A stretch of 64,000 bases of DNA from Clostridia bacterium (lineage in GTDB: Bacteria; Bacillota; Clostridia; Christensenellales; UBA1242). The stretch lies in assembly GCA_045538175.1 (NCBI GenBank), contig JAZSQZ010000044.1:5031-69030 (forward strand), read 5' to 3'. Below, one piece after another: positions 30,602-40,050 of this stretch (the stretch's first letter is position 1; each line of letters opens with the position of its first letter). Below the pieces are notes generated by a model. The model worked only from the letters and a program-made list of their open reading frames with translations, ran no database searches and was not told where the DNA came from. The position numbers were made by a program, and so were the translations under genes.

Positions 30602-30624
30602 ATATATTTTAATGTAACGCTACT

Positions 30625-30653
30625 ATTTTAATGCCTTTGAGTGATTTTGTCAA
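30625..30653 (-). promoter_or_regulatory. Promoter TTGACA-17-TAAAAT for tRNA-Arg(ACG)
   Basis: On the plus strand, TGTCAA at 30648-30653 and ATTTTA at 30625-30630 with a 17-nt spacer. Confidence 0.6.
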
Positions 30654-30731
30654 TCTATATTTTGATTTTTGTCTAATATTTATTAGTAAATATAATTAGA
30701 TTTTTTAATATACTTAAACTTAAAAAAGTGC

Positions 30732-30765
30732 AAAAAAAAATCAACCCGAAGGTTGACTTTTTTTG
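30732..30765. terminator. Bidirectional terminator downstream of the 111-aa membrane protein gene
   Basis: A9-TCAACC-CGAA-GGTTGA-CT7. Confidence 0.75.
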
Positions 30766-30767
30766 TA

Positions 30768-31103
30768 TTACCTAATGACAAGGCCTACTGCACCAGTAAA
30801 TTCTGCCCATACACCTGGGAAGAATTGGAAAATGATAACTGCTGCACAGACAGCTAAGATAATAATACGGAAAATGAAACTACCTTTTGAAGAAGTTTCA
30901 AGGCAAGTTGCAACAACTAATGCAAGTGGTGCATAAACCATAATTGAATTGATGATATTTACAATTGCGCCTTCTGCTGGGAGAATATCAACATAAATAT
31001 CAAGGATTCTTACTGCATAGATTGCAAGCATAACAACAGCGATTATTTTACCTAAAAGGTTAAATAATGCTTCTCTTCCATTATCTTCACTCATTTGCGA
31101 CAC
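30768..31103 (-). CDS. Small 3-TM membrane protein (paralog of 29097-29399)
   Basis: 111 aa, RBS AAAGGAG on the minus strand. See the paralog entry. Confidence 0.65.
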   Translation of the reverse strand: MSQMSEDNGREALFNLLGKIIAVVMLAIYAVRILDIYVDILPAEGAIVNIINSIMVYAPLALVVATCLETSSKGSFIFRIIILAVCAAVIIFQFFPGVWAEFTGAVGLVIR

Positions 31104-31223
31104 TCCTTTTTATAATTTGTTACCTTAATTTTACAAAAAAATAATACAGGTGTCAATTTTTTTTTGAAAAATCTTATAAATATGCTAGAATATTAGTATA
31201 AATTTATGCAATTTGGAGAGAAA

Positions 31224-32354
31224 ATGGCAAAAATTATAGTAACTTCAAACGGTATTTCTAAAAGAACGCCCGTTATTGACGAATTATTTATGTCTTACTG
31301 CAACGGCAAAAAAGTTTGTGTTATTGCTAATGCCGCGAACATAAACTCAAACAATTTTGTTAATAGAGAAGTTGTAAAAACAAATCTTTTATCTATCGGT
31401 GCTACAGCAGTTGATGTTGTAAACTTAAATATTGTGACAATAAACGCTGTTTTAAAATACGATGTTTTATATATTATGGGTGGAAAACTTCAAGACCTTG
31501 TTAGAGCTTTTAGAGAAGTAAACACAAGAGAAGTTTTCACAAAGTTTTTAGAACAAGGCGTAATCATAACCGAAGGCGAAGGCACAATTGCTTTAGCAGA
31601 AAACTTTAAGTATTATTACGAAACAAATGGCAAAGTAAATTTGATGCCAGATAACGAAACTTATGAAGGTTTAGGATTTATTAAGTATAAAATTTATCCA
31701 CACTATAATCTTCTTGGCGACATCTTAAAAAAGAAAATTGCAGACTATAACTATGAACACACAAACAACATTATCACACGCATTGCAGATGGTGAATATG
31801 TTGAGATTGACAACTTTGAAGATTTTCCTGAACTTACAATGTGTTACAGCGAAAATGGCGAAAAGTTGTATCGCAACGAAGGCATTGTAAAGATTAAAGA
31901 GCAAGGTATGTTTTATGGTCTTGTTGGTATGTGGGTAATAAACTCAAAAGGTCAAATTTTGTTGCAAAAAAGAAGTGCAAACAAGCGTAGCAATCCAAAT
32001 ATGTGGGCAATGTGTGCAGGGCACATACAGACTTGCGAAACTTATGAAGAAGCAGTTATTCGTGAAACAAGAGAAGAAATCGGGTTAAGGTTGGAGAAAA
32101 AGGACTTTAAACCTTTGATTGACCTTACTGCAGGTTCAAAACTTTATAAAGGTTATTACACACATTGTGATTGGGCAATTCAAAACTTTAGAAGACAAGA
32201 AAGCGAAGTTAGCGAACTTAAGTGGATAGATTTTGAAGAGTTTAAGGCAATGTATAAAAAAGGTGACGAAACAATCGTCTTTAAAAAGAGCGAAACAAGC
32301 GACGCTGAGTTTAGAAAACTTGGTCGCGTGGTTGCAAAATTAAAAACAAAATAG
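31224..32354 (+). CDS. Fusion protein: peptidase S51 (PepE-like) type N-domain + NUDIX hydrolase C-domain
   Basis: Start at MAKIIV (RBS GGAGAG). The N-terminal half has S51-like layout (IIVTSNG ... VCVIANA ... LYIMGG). The C-terminal half has the Nudix box GHIQTCETYEEAVIRETREEIGL. Confidence 0.6.
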   Translation: MAKIIVTSNGISKRTPVIDELFMSYCNGKKVCVIANAANINSNNFVNREVVKTNLLSIGATAVDVVNLNIVTINAVLKYDVLYIMGGKLQDLVRAFREVNTREVFTKFLEQGVIITEGEGTIALAENFKYYYETNGKVNLMPDNETYEGLGFIKYKIYPHYNLLGDILKKKIADYNYEHTNNIITRIADGEYVEIDNFEDFPELTMCYSENGEKLYRNEGIVKIKEQGMFYGLVGMWVINSKGQILLQKRSANKRSNPNMWAMCAGHIQTCETYEEAVIRETREEIGLRLEKKDFKPLIDLTAGSKLYKGYYTHCDWAIQNFRRQESEVSELKWIDFEEFKAMYKKGDETIVFKKSETSDAEFRKLGRVVAKLKTK

Positions 32355-32364
32355 GAGAATAAAT

Positions 32365-32772
32365 ATGAGCGAAGATTGTATTTTTTGTAAAATAATTAAA
32401 GGCGAGTGCCCATCATATAAAATTTATGAAGATGAAGACACTCTTGCATTTTTATCAATCGGTAATGATTGCTATGGTCACACACTTGTTATCCCTAAAA
32501 AGCATTATGTAAATGTTTTGGATTGTGAAGATGAAGTATTGGCAAAAGTTATGAAAACCGTAAGAAAGGTTTCAAATCACTATGTTGACAATTGTGGCTT
32601 TAAGGGTGTAAACGTAATGAACGCAAGTGGAAAGGAAGCAGAGCAAAGCGTTTTCCATTTGCACTTCCATATTTTGCCAAAGAAAACCGTTGATGATTTC
32701 CACTCTTGGCCAGACCTTGGAAAATGCGAAGTTGAACTAAAAGAACAAATGGAAAAACTAAAACTTAACTAA
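32365..32772 (+). CDS. HIT family (histidine triad) nucleotide hydrolase
   Basis: CIFCKII ... HTLVIPKKH ... FHLHFHILP. Confidence 0.9.
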   Translation: MSEDCIFCKIIKGECPSYKIYEDEDTLAFLSIGNDCYGHTLVIPKKHYVNVLDCEDEVLAKVMKTVRKVSNHYVDNCGFKGVNVMNASGKEAEQSVFHLHFHILPKKTVDDFHSWPDLGKCEVELKEQMEKLKLN

Positions 32773-32889
32773 ACCGACAAATAAGAATAAAAAACCAACA
32801 AAAACTACAAAGTGTTTGCGCTTTGTGGTTTTTTGTTTTTTTGTATCAAAAGTATAATTATTTTGAGTTTATTTTTGTTTGGGGGTTAT

Positions 32890-35190
32890 ATGCAAGTATC
32901 TGTGTTAAAAGAAGATAAAACAAAAGTTTTGTTGGTTTCGTTTTTTAAGGTGATTGGTTTTGGAATTTTATTTTTGTTATTATTTCTTTCAAAAATTGCA
33001 AACACATTAAGTCCTTTTAAGTATGGACTTTATTCTTCATTGTGTTTTTTAAATTATAATATATATCTTTTAAGTTTTACATTTTTTGTTTCAGGGTTTG
33101 TTTTAGGTTTCGGATTAAACAACTTGATTTGCAACTTGTTTGTTGTCATTTTTACAACACTTGTGTGTTTGTTTTTTAAAAAGAAAAATAAAAAAATAAA
33201 ACTATATCTTGCCACAATTTTTTACATAATTTCTGTTTTGCCACAATTTTATTTTACCAACACAGGAAGTGAAATTATTGTTTTGTTAATCGAAACTTTA
33301 ATAGGTGTTGTTTTTACTGTTTCTAATATGATTTTTATTTCTGCTATAGTAAAAAGAAACTTTACCTTAAAACTCAACACTGACGAAAAGGTTTGTGGTG
33401 CAATACTTGTTTTATCTTTGTTTCTAGGGTTAGGTAATATAAGTTTGCCGATTGATTTTGTAAGACTTTTTGCAACAATTATTATTTTGTTTTTGTCTTT
33501 AAATTCTAAAAATTTTGCAATTCCCGTAGGTGTTTGTATGGGACTTGGGGTATCTCTTGCCTTAGGGGATATTGCATACATTGCCTTATTTTCTTTTATG
33601 GCGATAATCGCAAGTGTTTTTAAGGAAAACAAATTTTATTCCTTTGTGTCTATTATTCTTGCAGACATATTATTTGGATTTTATTTCAACTGTTTTGTTT
33701 CTTACAGTTACATAAATATTTTGTCTGTAGTAACGGGTGGAGTTTTTTATGTCTTTTTTCCAAGCAGAATCATAAAAAAATGTGCTAGCATTTTGTTTGC
33801 AGAAAACACAACAACAGCAAGTAAAAGTTTGGTGTTAAAAAACAAATTGATTTTATCAAACAAATTACTTGCAACTGCCGATGTTTTTTATGAGTTAGAC
33901 AAAACCTTTAGAAAACTTACAAAAGGCAATATGCCCCTAGAAGATGCAAAAAAAATGATAACTGTCGAAATCATACGCACAACTTGTGAAGGTTGCAAAC
34001 AAAGGCAGGAATGTTTTAGGCGTCTTGGCGAATCGGTAAAGGAAATTTTTACAAACCTTACAAATGTTGGTTTTGAAAAAGGCAAGGTGTCTTTAGTTGA
34101 CTTGCCACAATATCTTACAAGTAAGTGTCAAAACTTAAACAACTTAATTTCAAACACAAACTCTCTTTTAAATCAGTATAGCGATTATAGTGGTATGATA
34201 AACAATCTTGACGCAAGCAAACTTTTGATTGCTGAGCAGTTGTCAGGGGTGTCAAACATTTTAAAAAATCTTGCAACAAACACCGGAAAAGAAATATTGT
34301 TTAATACGGAAACAGAAGAAAAAATCAAAGAAGAATTGATATATAACAATATTATTATTCAAGACATAATTGTTTTTGATAGTGATTTTCAAACTTGTAA
34401 TATAAGTATTATGTTAAAAGAATCATACGCAAACGATGAGCGACTTGTAAATATTATAAACAAGGTTTGCAAAAGCAATTTTGTTGTAGATGAGATTATG
34501 CCAGCAGATGTTCTTGATTATGTTGTTATAAACTTAAAGACAGCGCCTAAGTATGATATAACTTTTGGTATCTCACAAGAAACAAAAGGAGAGAGTGATA
34601 TAAGTGGCGACACATATTCCTTAACACGCCTTGATAATGATAAATATTTAGTTTGTTTGTGCGATGGTATGGGAAGTGATGATAAGGCTTTTGAAACAAG
34701 TAGTACAGCCATCGGTCTTATAGAAAATTTTTACAAAGCAGGGTATGACAGTCAAGTTGTTATAACGTCTGTAAACAAACTTTTAAACTTAGGTAGAAAT
34801 GATGTTTTTTCTGCAATTGATGTTTGTGTTGTCGACCTTAAAAGCGCCATTGTTGATATGATAAAGTTAGGTGCTTGCGTTGGATTTATAAAGCAACCGG
34901 ACAAAACAACCGTTGTTGAAAGTGGTGCACTCCCTATAGGTATCTTAGAAGAAGTAAAACCAAAAATTACAAAAACAGCCCTAAACTCTGGCGATATGAT
35001 TGTGCTTGTAAGTGATGGGATAGTTGACGCTTTTGGAGATGAAGAAAACATAAAAACATTTATAACAAAAGACGAGACAACAAACCCACAAACCCTTGCA
35101 GACAATATCCTAAAAAAAGCAAAAGAGTTTGATAAAAACTTTCCAAAAGACGATATGACAGCGCTTGTTTTAAAAATATATTATGCCTAA
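32890..35190 (+). CDS. spoIIE: Stage II sporulation protein E (membrane PP2C phosphatase)
   Basis: About 10 N-terminal TM helices followed by a PP2C-type domain (GDTYSL ... CDGMGSD ... LVSDGIVDAF). Start set at MQVSVL (RBS GGGGG) because the longer ORF overlaps a hairpin after the HIT gene. tilS follows, as in Bacillus. Confidence 0.85.
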   Translation: MQVSVLKEDKTKVLLVSFFKVIGFGILFLLLFLSKIANTLSPFKYGLYSSLCFLNYNIYLLSFTFFVSGFVLGFGLNNLICNLFVVIFTTLVCLFFKKKNKKIKLYLATIFYIISVLPQFYFTNTGSEIIVLLIETLIGVVFTVSNMIFISAIVKRNFTLKLNTDEKVCGAILVLSLFLGLGNISLPIDFVRLFATIIILFLSLNSKNFAIPVGVCMGLGVSLALGDIAYIALFSFMAIIASVFKENKFYSFVSIILADILFGFYFNCFVSYSYINILSVVTGGVFYVFFPSRIIKKCASILFAENTTTASKSLVLKNKLILSNKLLATADVFYELDKTFRKLTKGNMPLEDAKKMITVEIIRTTCEGCKQRQECFRRLGESVKEIFTNLTNVGFEKGKVSLVDLPQYLTSKCQNLNNLISNTNSLLNQYSDYSGMINNLDASKLLIAEQLSGVSNILKNLATNTGKEILFNTETEEKIKEELIYNNIIIQDIIVFDSDFQTCNISIMLKESYANDERLVNIINKVCKSNFVVDEIMPADVLDYVVINLKTAPKYDITFGISQETKGESDISGDTYSLTRLDNDKYLVCLCDGMGSDDKAFETSSTAIGLIENFYKAGYDSQVVITSVNKLLNLGRNDVFSAIDVCVVDLKSAIVDMIKLGACVGFIKQPDKTTVVESGALPIGILEEVKPKITKTALNSGDMIVLVSDGIVDAFGDEENIKTFITKDETTNPQTLADNILKKAKEFDKNFPKDDMTALVLKIYYA

Positions 35191-35213
35191 AGCAAATTGC
35201 TTTAGGTTTTTTT
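35186..35213 (+). terminator. Intrinsic terminator after spoIIE
   Basis: CCTAAAGC-AAATT-GCTTTAGG followed by T7. Confidence 0.8.
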
Positions 35214-35230
35214 ATTTAAAATTATAGGGG

Positions 35231-35259
35231 TTGAAATATCTTTATATATTTGGTATAAT
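35231..35259 (+). promoter_or_regulatory. Promoter TTGAAA-17-(TGg)TATAAT for tilS
   Basis: TTGAAA at 35231-35236 and TATAAT at 35254-35259. Confidence 0.65.
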
Positions 35260-35291
35260 TATCTTGTAAGAAATTTTTTTAAGGGAAAAAG

Positions 35292-36644
35292 ATGGAAGAA
35301 CAAGTTTTAAAAGCAATAAATGACAATCACCTTGTAAAAAGGGGCGAAACAATTGGTGTTGCAGTAAGTGGTGGAGTTGACTCTATGAGTTTGCTACACT
35401 TTTTAAACACACAAAAAGAAAAATTAGACATCGATATCGTTGCAATCACAGTTGACCATTGTTTAAGAGAACAATCTTTAGATGACTGTATGTTTGTTAT
35501 GAATTGGTGCAGGAAAAATGGAATCTATTGTCACAAATTCGCAGTTGACGCAAGCAAGATTGCAGAAGAAAAAAATATCGGTATCGAGCAAGCTGCAAGA
35601 GAAGCAAGATATGGTGTTTTTGATGCATTGCTAAAAAAAGGTATCGTTGATAAAATCGCACTTGCTCACCACGTATGCGACCAAGCCGAAACAATTCTTT
35701 TACATATCCTAAGGGGTGCAGGCCTTACAGGTGCTAGTGGTATGGAATATATGAGAAATGGTGTTTATATTAGACCATTTTTAAATGTTCAAAAAGACGA
35801 TATAGTTAAGTATTCACTAATTCACGATATCGATAGCGTCGAAGATGAAACAAATGCAGATTCAGCATTTAACAGAAATTTTATTCGCAATCAAATTATA
35901 CCTATGTTCAAAAAGAGATGGCCAACTGTTGAGCAAAACATTGTAAACTTTGGTAAGGCTTGTAAGGAAGATGACGAGTATATCATAAGTCAAGCATCTC
36001 TTAATGCTTTGATTGTTGAAGATAATGTTGTAAAAATTCCTTTTGTTTACTTTCTATATAAATCAAGTGTTACAAACAGAGTTGTTATAAAGGCATTTGA
36101 AAGTATCAACGCAGCCTACAACCTAGAGAGAGTACACATAAGTATGGTAAAAGAACTTGCAAAAGGCGAAAATGGTAAGAGAATAAACCTTCCAAATTCA
36201 GTTATTGCAATCAAAGAATACGAATATGTAACTTTAATTAGAAAAGAAAAACAAGTTATCGCAGGGGAATATCCATTTAAGACAGGCGTTACGAATTTTG
36301 CAGATATAACAAGTATTGTTGTTAAAAAATCAAAAGATAACAAAATCAGCCCAACAAAACTTCTAATTGATTCAAGAAAACTTCCAAAAGATGCTGTTTG
36401 GAGAACAATGAGAAAAGGGGATATGTTTACAAAGTACGGTGGTGGAAGCAAAGCCTTAAGGTCTTTCTTAATCGACAGGAAAATTCCTTCACGCGTCCGT
36501 CAACAACTTCCTGTGCTTGCAAGTGGAAGCGAAGTTTATTGTGTTTTGGGTGTCGAAATTAGCGATAAAGTTAAAATAGACGAAACAACAAAACTTGCTT
36601 ACGAAATCACAGAAAAAGAACTTAAAGGTGGCAAAAACAATTAA
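35292..36644 (+). CDS. tilS: tRNA(Ile)-lysidine synthetase
   Basis: PP-loop VAVSGGVDSMSLLHFL ... AHHVCDQAETILLHILRG. C-terminal TilS substrate-binding part. Confidence 0.9.
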   Translation: MEEQVLKAINDNHLVKRGETIGVAVSGGVDSMSLLHFLNTQKEKLDIDIVAITVDHCLREQSLDDCMFVMNWCRKNGIYCHKFAVDASKIAEEKNIGIEQAAREARYGVFDALLKKGIVDKIALAHHVCDQAETILLHILRGAGLTGASGMEYMRNGVYIRPFLNVQKDDIVKYSLIHDIDSVEDETNADSAFNRNFIRNQIIPMFKKRWPTVEQNIVNFGKACKEDDEYIISQASLNALIVEDNVVKIPFVYFLYKSSVTNRVVIKAFESINAAYNLERVHISMVKELAKGENGKRINLPNSVIAIKEYEYVTLIRKEKQVIAGEYPFKTGVTNFADITSIVVKKSKDNKISPTKLLIDSRKLPKDAVWRTMRKGDMFTKYGGGSKALRSFLIDRKIPSRVRQQLPVLASGSEVYCVLGVEISDKVKIDETTKLAYEITEKELKGGKNN

Positions 36645-36669
36645 AAAACTTTTACACAAATGTTAAAAG

Positions 36670-36784
36670 TTATCCACAAAGTTATATTTATACATATTTG
36701 TTAATAAATATAAAAATTTTGAATTTTTAATCGTTTTTTTGCATAATTAACCATTTATGCACAAGAGTTATCCACTTATCCACA
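36670..36784. promoter_or_regulatory. Cluster of three consensus-type DnaA boxes
   Basis: TTATCCACA at 36670-36678, TTATCCACT at 36768-36776 and TTATCCACA at 36776-36784. The last two overlap by one T. All lie in an AT-rich 260-bp intergenic region. Confidence 0.6.
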
Positions 36785-36812
36785 AAAAAACATAGATTTT
36801 TATGTAAAAATT

Positions 36813-36845
36813 AAAGAATTAGAAAATGTTCTAATTCTTTTTTTG
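36813..36845 (+). terminator. Strong intrinsic terminator with no annotated gene immediately upstream
   Basis: AAAGAATTAGAA-AATG-TTCTAATTCTTT (12-bp perfect stem) followed by Ts. Confidence 0.7.
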
Positions 36846-36904
36846 TTGTTAATTTAAGTTTTTATTTTTTGTTAAAAATGTTATACTAAAAATAGGAGAA
36901 AGTT

Positions 36905-37192
36905 ATGGACGATATTAAAAACTTTTTAGACACAAAGTATGCTGATATTTTAAATAAATATAAAGATAATAAAAATGCATGGTTACTATTAGCCCAAGAA
37001 ATTATAGATGCAAGTGAAGATATGCAAGTTGATTTTAAGTCTTTTTCACTTATTCCTGTGTTTGATATTTTTGATAACGACTTTATATGTTTTCAAATTA
37101 AAAATGGTAAGTGGTGTGTTTTTAATATTGTTGATGAAATATCTTTTAAAACAGATAAAACACTAGAAGAATTATTATTACTTAAATCATAA
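36905..37192 (+). CDS. Small hypothetical cytoplasmic protein (faint SUKH/SMI1-KNR4-like flavour)
   Basis: 95 aa, RBS AGGAGAAAG, extended -10 TGTTATACT upstream, terminator downstream. The family guess is weak. Confidence 0.5.
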   Translation: MDDIKNFLDTKYADILNKYKDNKNAWLLLAQEIIDASEDMQVDFKSFSLIPVFDIFDNDFICFQIKNGKWCVFNIVDEISFKTDKTLEELLLLKS

Positions 37193-37221
37193 AAAAAGAA
37201 ACCTTAAACGGTTTCTTTTTT
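37191..37221. terminator. Bidirectional terminator
   Basis: A7-GAAACC-TTAAAC-GGTTTC-T6. Confidence 0.8.
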
Positions 37222-37222
37222 G

Positions 37223-38530
37223 TTATCCTAGTAAATTTCCAAATGTTGCAAAAAGGTAAACATAATCTAATAGATAAAGTAGAAGAAGTGATGTGCCTTG
37301 TAAACGATATGTTTTTTTCTTAATGATTGTAGGTACAAAAATTATAAGTGAAATCAAAATTGTAAGTGGAATTGAAATATATAATGTATCAAGTGAGAAT
37401 GTAAGTGGATTTCCAATTGCATTTGAGATGATACCAGACATACCCAAAATCAATGTTACATTTATAAATGAAGCGCCTATCATATTTCCAAGTGCAAGGT
37501 CTGGGGTATTCTTTTTTATACTGATGATTGCTGTTACAAGTTCAGGTAAACTTGTGCCAAGTGCCACAACTGTAATACCAACAACAATAGGGTCAATTCC
37601 AAGGAAGTCAACTGCAAGTTTTTGACCATTGTCGCAAAGGAGTGTTGCGCCGATATATACAGCAAAACCACCTAAGATGTAATAGAAAATTGTTTTAAAA
37701 ATGTCTTTTTTAAATTGTGGTGATTGTTTGTATTTTTTGTATGCTTCGCCTTTAAGTTGTGTGTTGTCTTCTTCAACTTCGCCATACTTTATTTCGTTCA
37801 TAATTTTGACAATTTCTTGACCAATATATAAAACAAAAACTACACCAAGTATAACAACCCCAAAAGTAGAAATCATATCGTCTTGTTTATAGATTACAGA
37901 AAGTACTATTGTTGCAATACAAACAATTGTTGTCAAAACAAGTTTTACAATATCTTTTATATAGTGTGTTTCAAGAGAGCGTACAGCTTCTTTTTTTGTG
38001 TCATCAAATTCTTTTATAGGTTGTTCGATGTTGCTTGTTTGTAAACCAACTTCTATGTTTGCTTCTAGTTTTGCGTCTTTAACGCCGTCAAAAACATTGA
38101 CACTAAAGAAAAATAAAAACATTGCGAACAAAATGATTGCTTCGACCAAACCTAATTCTTGATTTAAGCCAAAAACAAAAAGTAAAACTGTGCTTAGTAA
38201 TAGTAGAACAGACTTAAACCAAAAATCTTTTCTTGAAACTGATAATGTTTTGCAAGTTAATACTACACCTAAAATTAGTGTGCAGTCGCAAATGATACTT
38301 CCAAGTGCGTTACCAACTGCAAGGTCAGGTTTGCCTGTGCTTGTGCCGATAATATTAACCAAAAGTTCCGGAAGGGTGGTACATATACTTACAACTGTTA
38401 CTCCTATAATAATATGTGAAATCCCTGTGATTTTAGATAGCCTTAGTGAAGAATCAACCATAAAATCTCCACCCTTTATAATGACAACAAGGCCAATTAT
38501 AAAAAGCAATACTGTAAGTACTAATTCCAT
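37223..38530 (-). CDS. Ca2+/Na+ antiporter (CaCA / YrbG-like) with a long central loop
   Basis: Two alpha-repeat regions (GVTVVSICTTLPELLVNI ... GNALGS and VVALGTSLPELVTAI ... GNMIGAS). 435 aa. Confidence 0.8.
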   Translation of the reverse strand: MELVLTVLLFIIGLVVIIKGGDFMVDSSLRLSKITGISHIIIGVTVVSICTTLPELLVNIIGTSTGKPDLAVGNALGSIICDCTLILGVVLTCKTLSVSRKDFWFKSVLLLLSTVLLFVFGLNQELGLVEAIILFAMFLFFFSVNVFDGVKDAKLEANIEVGLQTSNIEQPIKEFDDTKKEAVRSLETHYIKDIVKLVLTTIVCIATIVLSVIYKQDDMISTFGVVILGVVFVLYIGQEIVKIMNEIKYGEVEEDNTQLKGEAYKKYKQSPQFKKDIFKTIFYYILGGFAVYIGATLLCDNGQKLAVDFLGIDPIVVGITVVALGTSLPELVTAIISIKKNTPDLALGNMIGASFINVTLILGMSGIISNAIGNPLTFSLDTLYISIPLTILISLIIFVPTIIKKKTYRLQGTSLLLLYLLDYVYLFATFGNLLG

Positions 38531-38564
38531 TTTCCTTTCTCCTTTGTATTATATTTTTTTGATT

Positions 38565-39986
38565 TTAATTTTGTTCAAGATGAAAAATTTCTTCGTTAAG
38601 TTTTGCAGTTTCGGGTATAACAAAACCTTCAATCAAATCCTCGGTGCCTTCATAGATAATGCCTGGTTGTGCTTCGTATCTATCGCTCCTGATTTGTTTT
38701 TTGTTTGAAAGTTTGCCATCTATAAAATATTCAAGATAGGCCCTGCTTTCATATCCGTCACGTCTAGGCTTAACTCTTAAAAATTCGCCTTTAAACATAA
38801 TTTTGTCAATGTATTTCTTGTCTGTATCTTTTATAATTTTGTCGTCGCTACTTTTTATTGTATTTACAATTTCGCTTTTGGTTTTGATAACAACATTTTT
38901 CTCTTTTGTATCTCCATAAATACTAAAAGTTATTGTGTCGTTATCGCACTTGCTTGATATAAAGATTGGAAGGTTTGTGTTGTTTTTAAACTTAAGGTCA
39001 GCCGACCCCCAAGAAACCATTGCGTCAAGTGAAGGTGATATGTAACTTACAGGAAGGGAATGTTTGTGTACTTCTAAAACATCAATTCCTGATAGCAACA
39101 AAGCGTTATATAAAGTGGTGGAAACTTGACAGATTCCACCACCTACACCAGATACAAATTCGCCATTTTTTATAATTTTGGCTGGTTTGTAACCGTTTTC
39201 TTCACTTCTAACTCCGATTATATCATTAAAACTAAAAACTTGTAAAGGACTAATCATACTTCCGTTTAGTTTTTTTGTACAAAGTGCTATATTGTGTTTT
39301 CTCTCTACTGTCGATGAAGAAAAGTTTGTTGAAAAAGTGGCTTGCTTTTGTGTGCATTTTTTTAACATTTCTTCAGTGTAGTTGGGTTTTATTTCTGTTG
39401 TTTTTACAAATACTATTGCGTTTTTTGTTTTTTGTATACTCTCTATTATGTCGTTTATAAGTTTGTCTCTATCAACTTTTATTCCTACTTTGGATTTTGT
39501 TATGTTGAAGGTTTCATTTGTTTTGTTAAAAGTTATTTCACTGTTTATTGGATTCTCTTCGATTTCCGAAATTATGCCATCAATTTTTTCATCAATCTCG
39601 CGAAAGGTAAAGTTGAGTGCGATATAGTTATCAAAACCCATTTTTTTGATTTGTTTTATTGCTTTGATTTTTTTTGTATAGTCGCCAAAAAAATTGTTTG
39701 CATACAAGTCATCTAAAACGATGTGAATTTTGCTTGTTGGTAAAAAATTACTTCCGTTAAACGACCAAACTTTATCCATATATTTTATGTCTAAAGTTAT
39801 CTCTTTTGTGTAGTTATCTATGTATCTATCAAAAATTTCGGTTGCTTCTTCTTTTGAAATTTCGCTTAAGTTTATGCCGTTTACAACAATTTGATTTTCT
39901 TTAAAAAATGTGTTTGTTGCAAGGCAAAATCCAAAAAGTATAAGTAAAACAGAAAAAAACAAGACAAAAATATTTTTCTTAAACAT
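38565..39986 (-). CDS. VanW family protein
   Basis: N-terminal TM helix. VanW core FSFNDIIG ... GYKPAKII ... GGGICQVSTTLYNALL ... HSLPVSYI. Confidence 0.8.
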   Translation of the reverse strand: MFKKNIFVLFFSVLLILFGFCLATNTFFKENQIVVNGINLSEISKEEATEIFDRYIDNYTKEITLDIKYMDKVWSFNGSNFLPTSKIHIVLDDLYANNFFGDYTKKIKAIKQIKKMGFDNYIALNFTFREIDEKIDGIISEIEENPINSEITFNKTNETFNITKSKVGIKVDRDKLINDIIESIQKTKNAIVFVKTTEIKPNYTEEMLKKCTQKQATFSTNFSSSTVERKHNIALCTKKLNGSMISPLQVFSFNDIIGVRSEENGYKPAKIIKNGEFVSGVGGGICQVSTTLYNALLLSGIDVLEVHKHSLPVSYISPSLDAMVSWGSADLKFKNNTNLPIFISSKCDNDTITFSIYGDTKEKNVVIKTKSEIVNTIKSSDDKIIKDTDKKYIDKIMFKGEFLRVKPRRDGYESRAYLEYFIDGKLSNKKQIRSDRYEAQPGIIYEGTEDLIEGFVIPETAKLNEEIFHLEQN

Positions 39987-40050
39987 AACAGTTTTCCTTT
40001 TGTTTTAGTATGTGAAAACTGTGTTTAATATATACTTTTGTCTTGTATTG

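Noticed and set aside
36645-36904. Chromosomal replication origin (oriC)
   Set aside because: Only three boxes are present. No dnaA, dnaN or rpmH genes are nearby. The flanking genes (spoIIE-tilS) are not the conserved oriC context. I report it only as a DnaA-box cluster.
38190-38708. Plus-strand 172-aa ORF spanning the junction of the antiporter and VanW genes
   Set aside because: It is antisense to two well-supported minus-strand genes and crosses their intergenic region. It has a hydrophobic/Ser-rich shadow composition.
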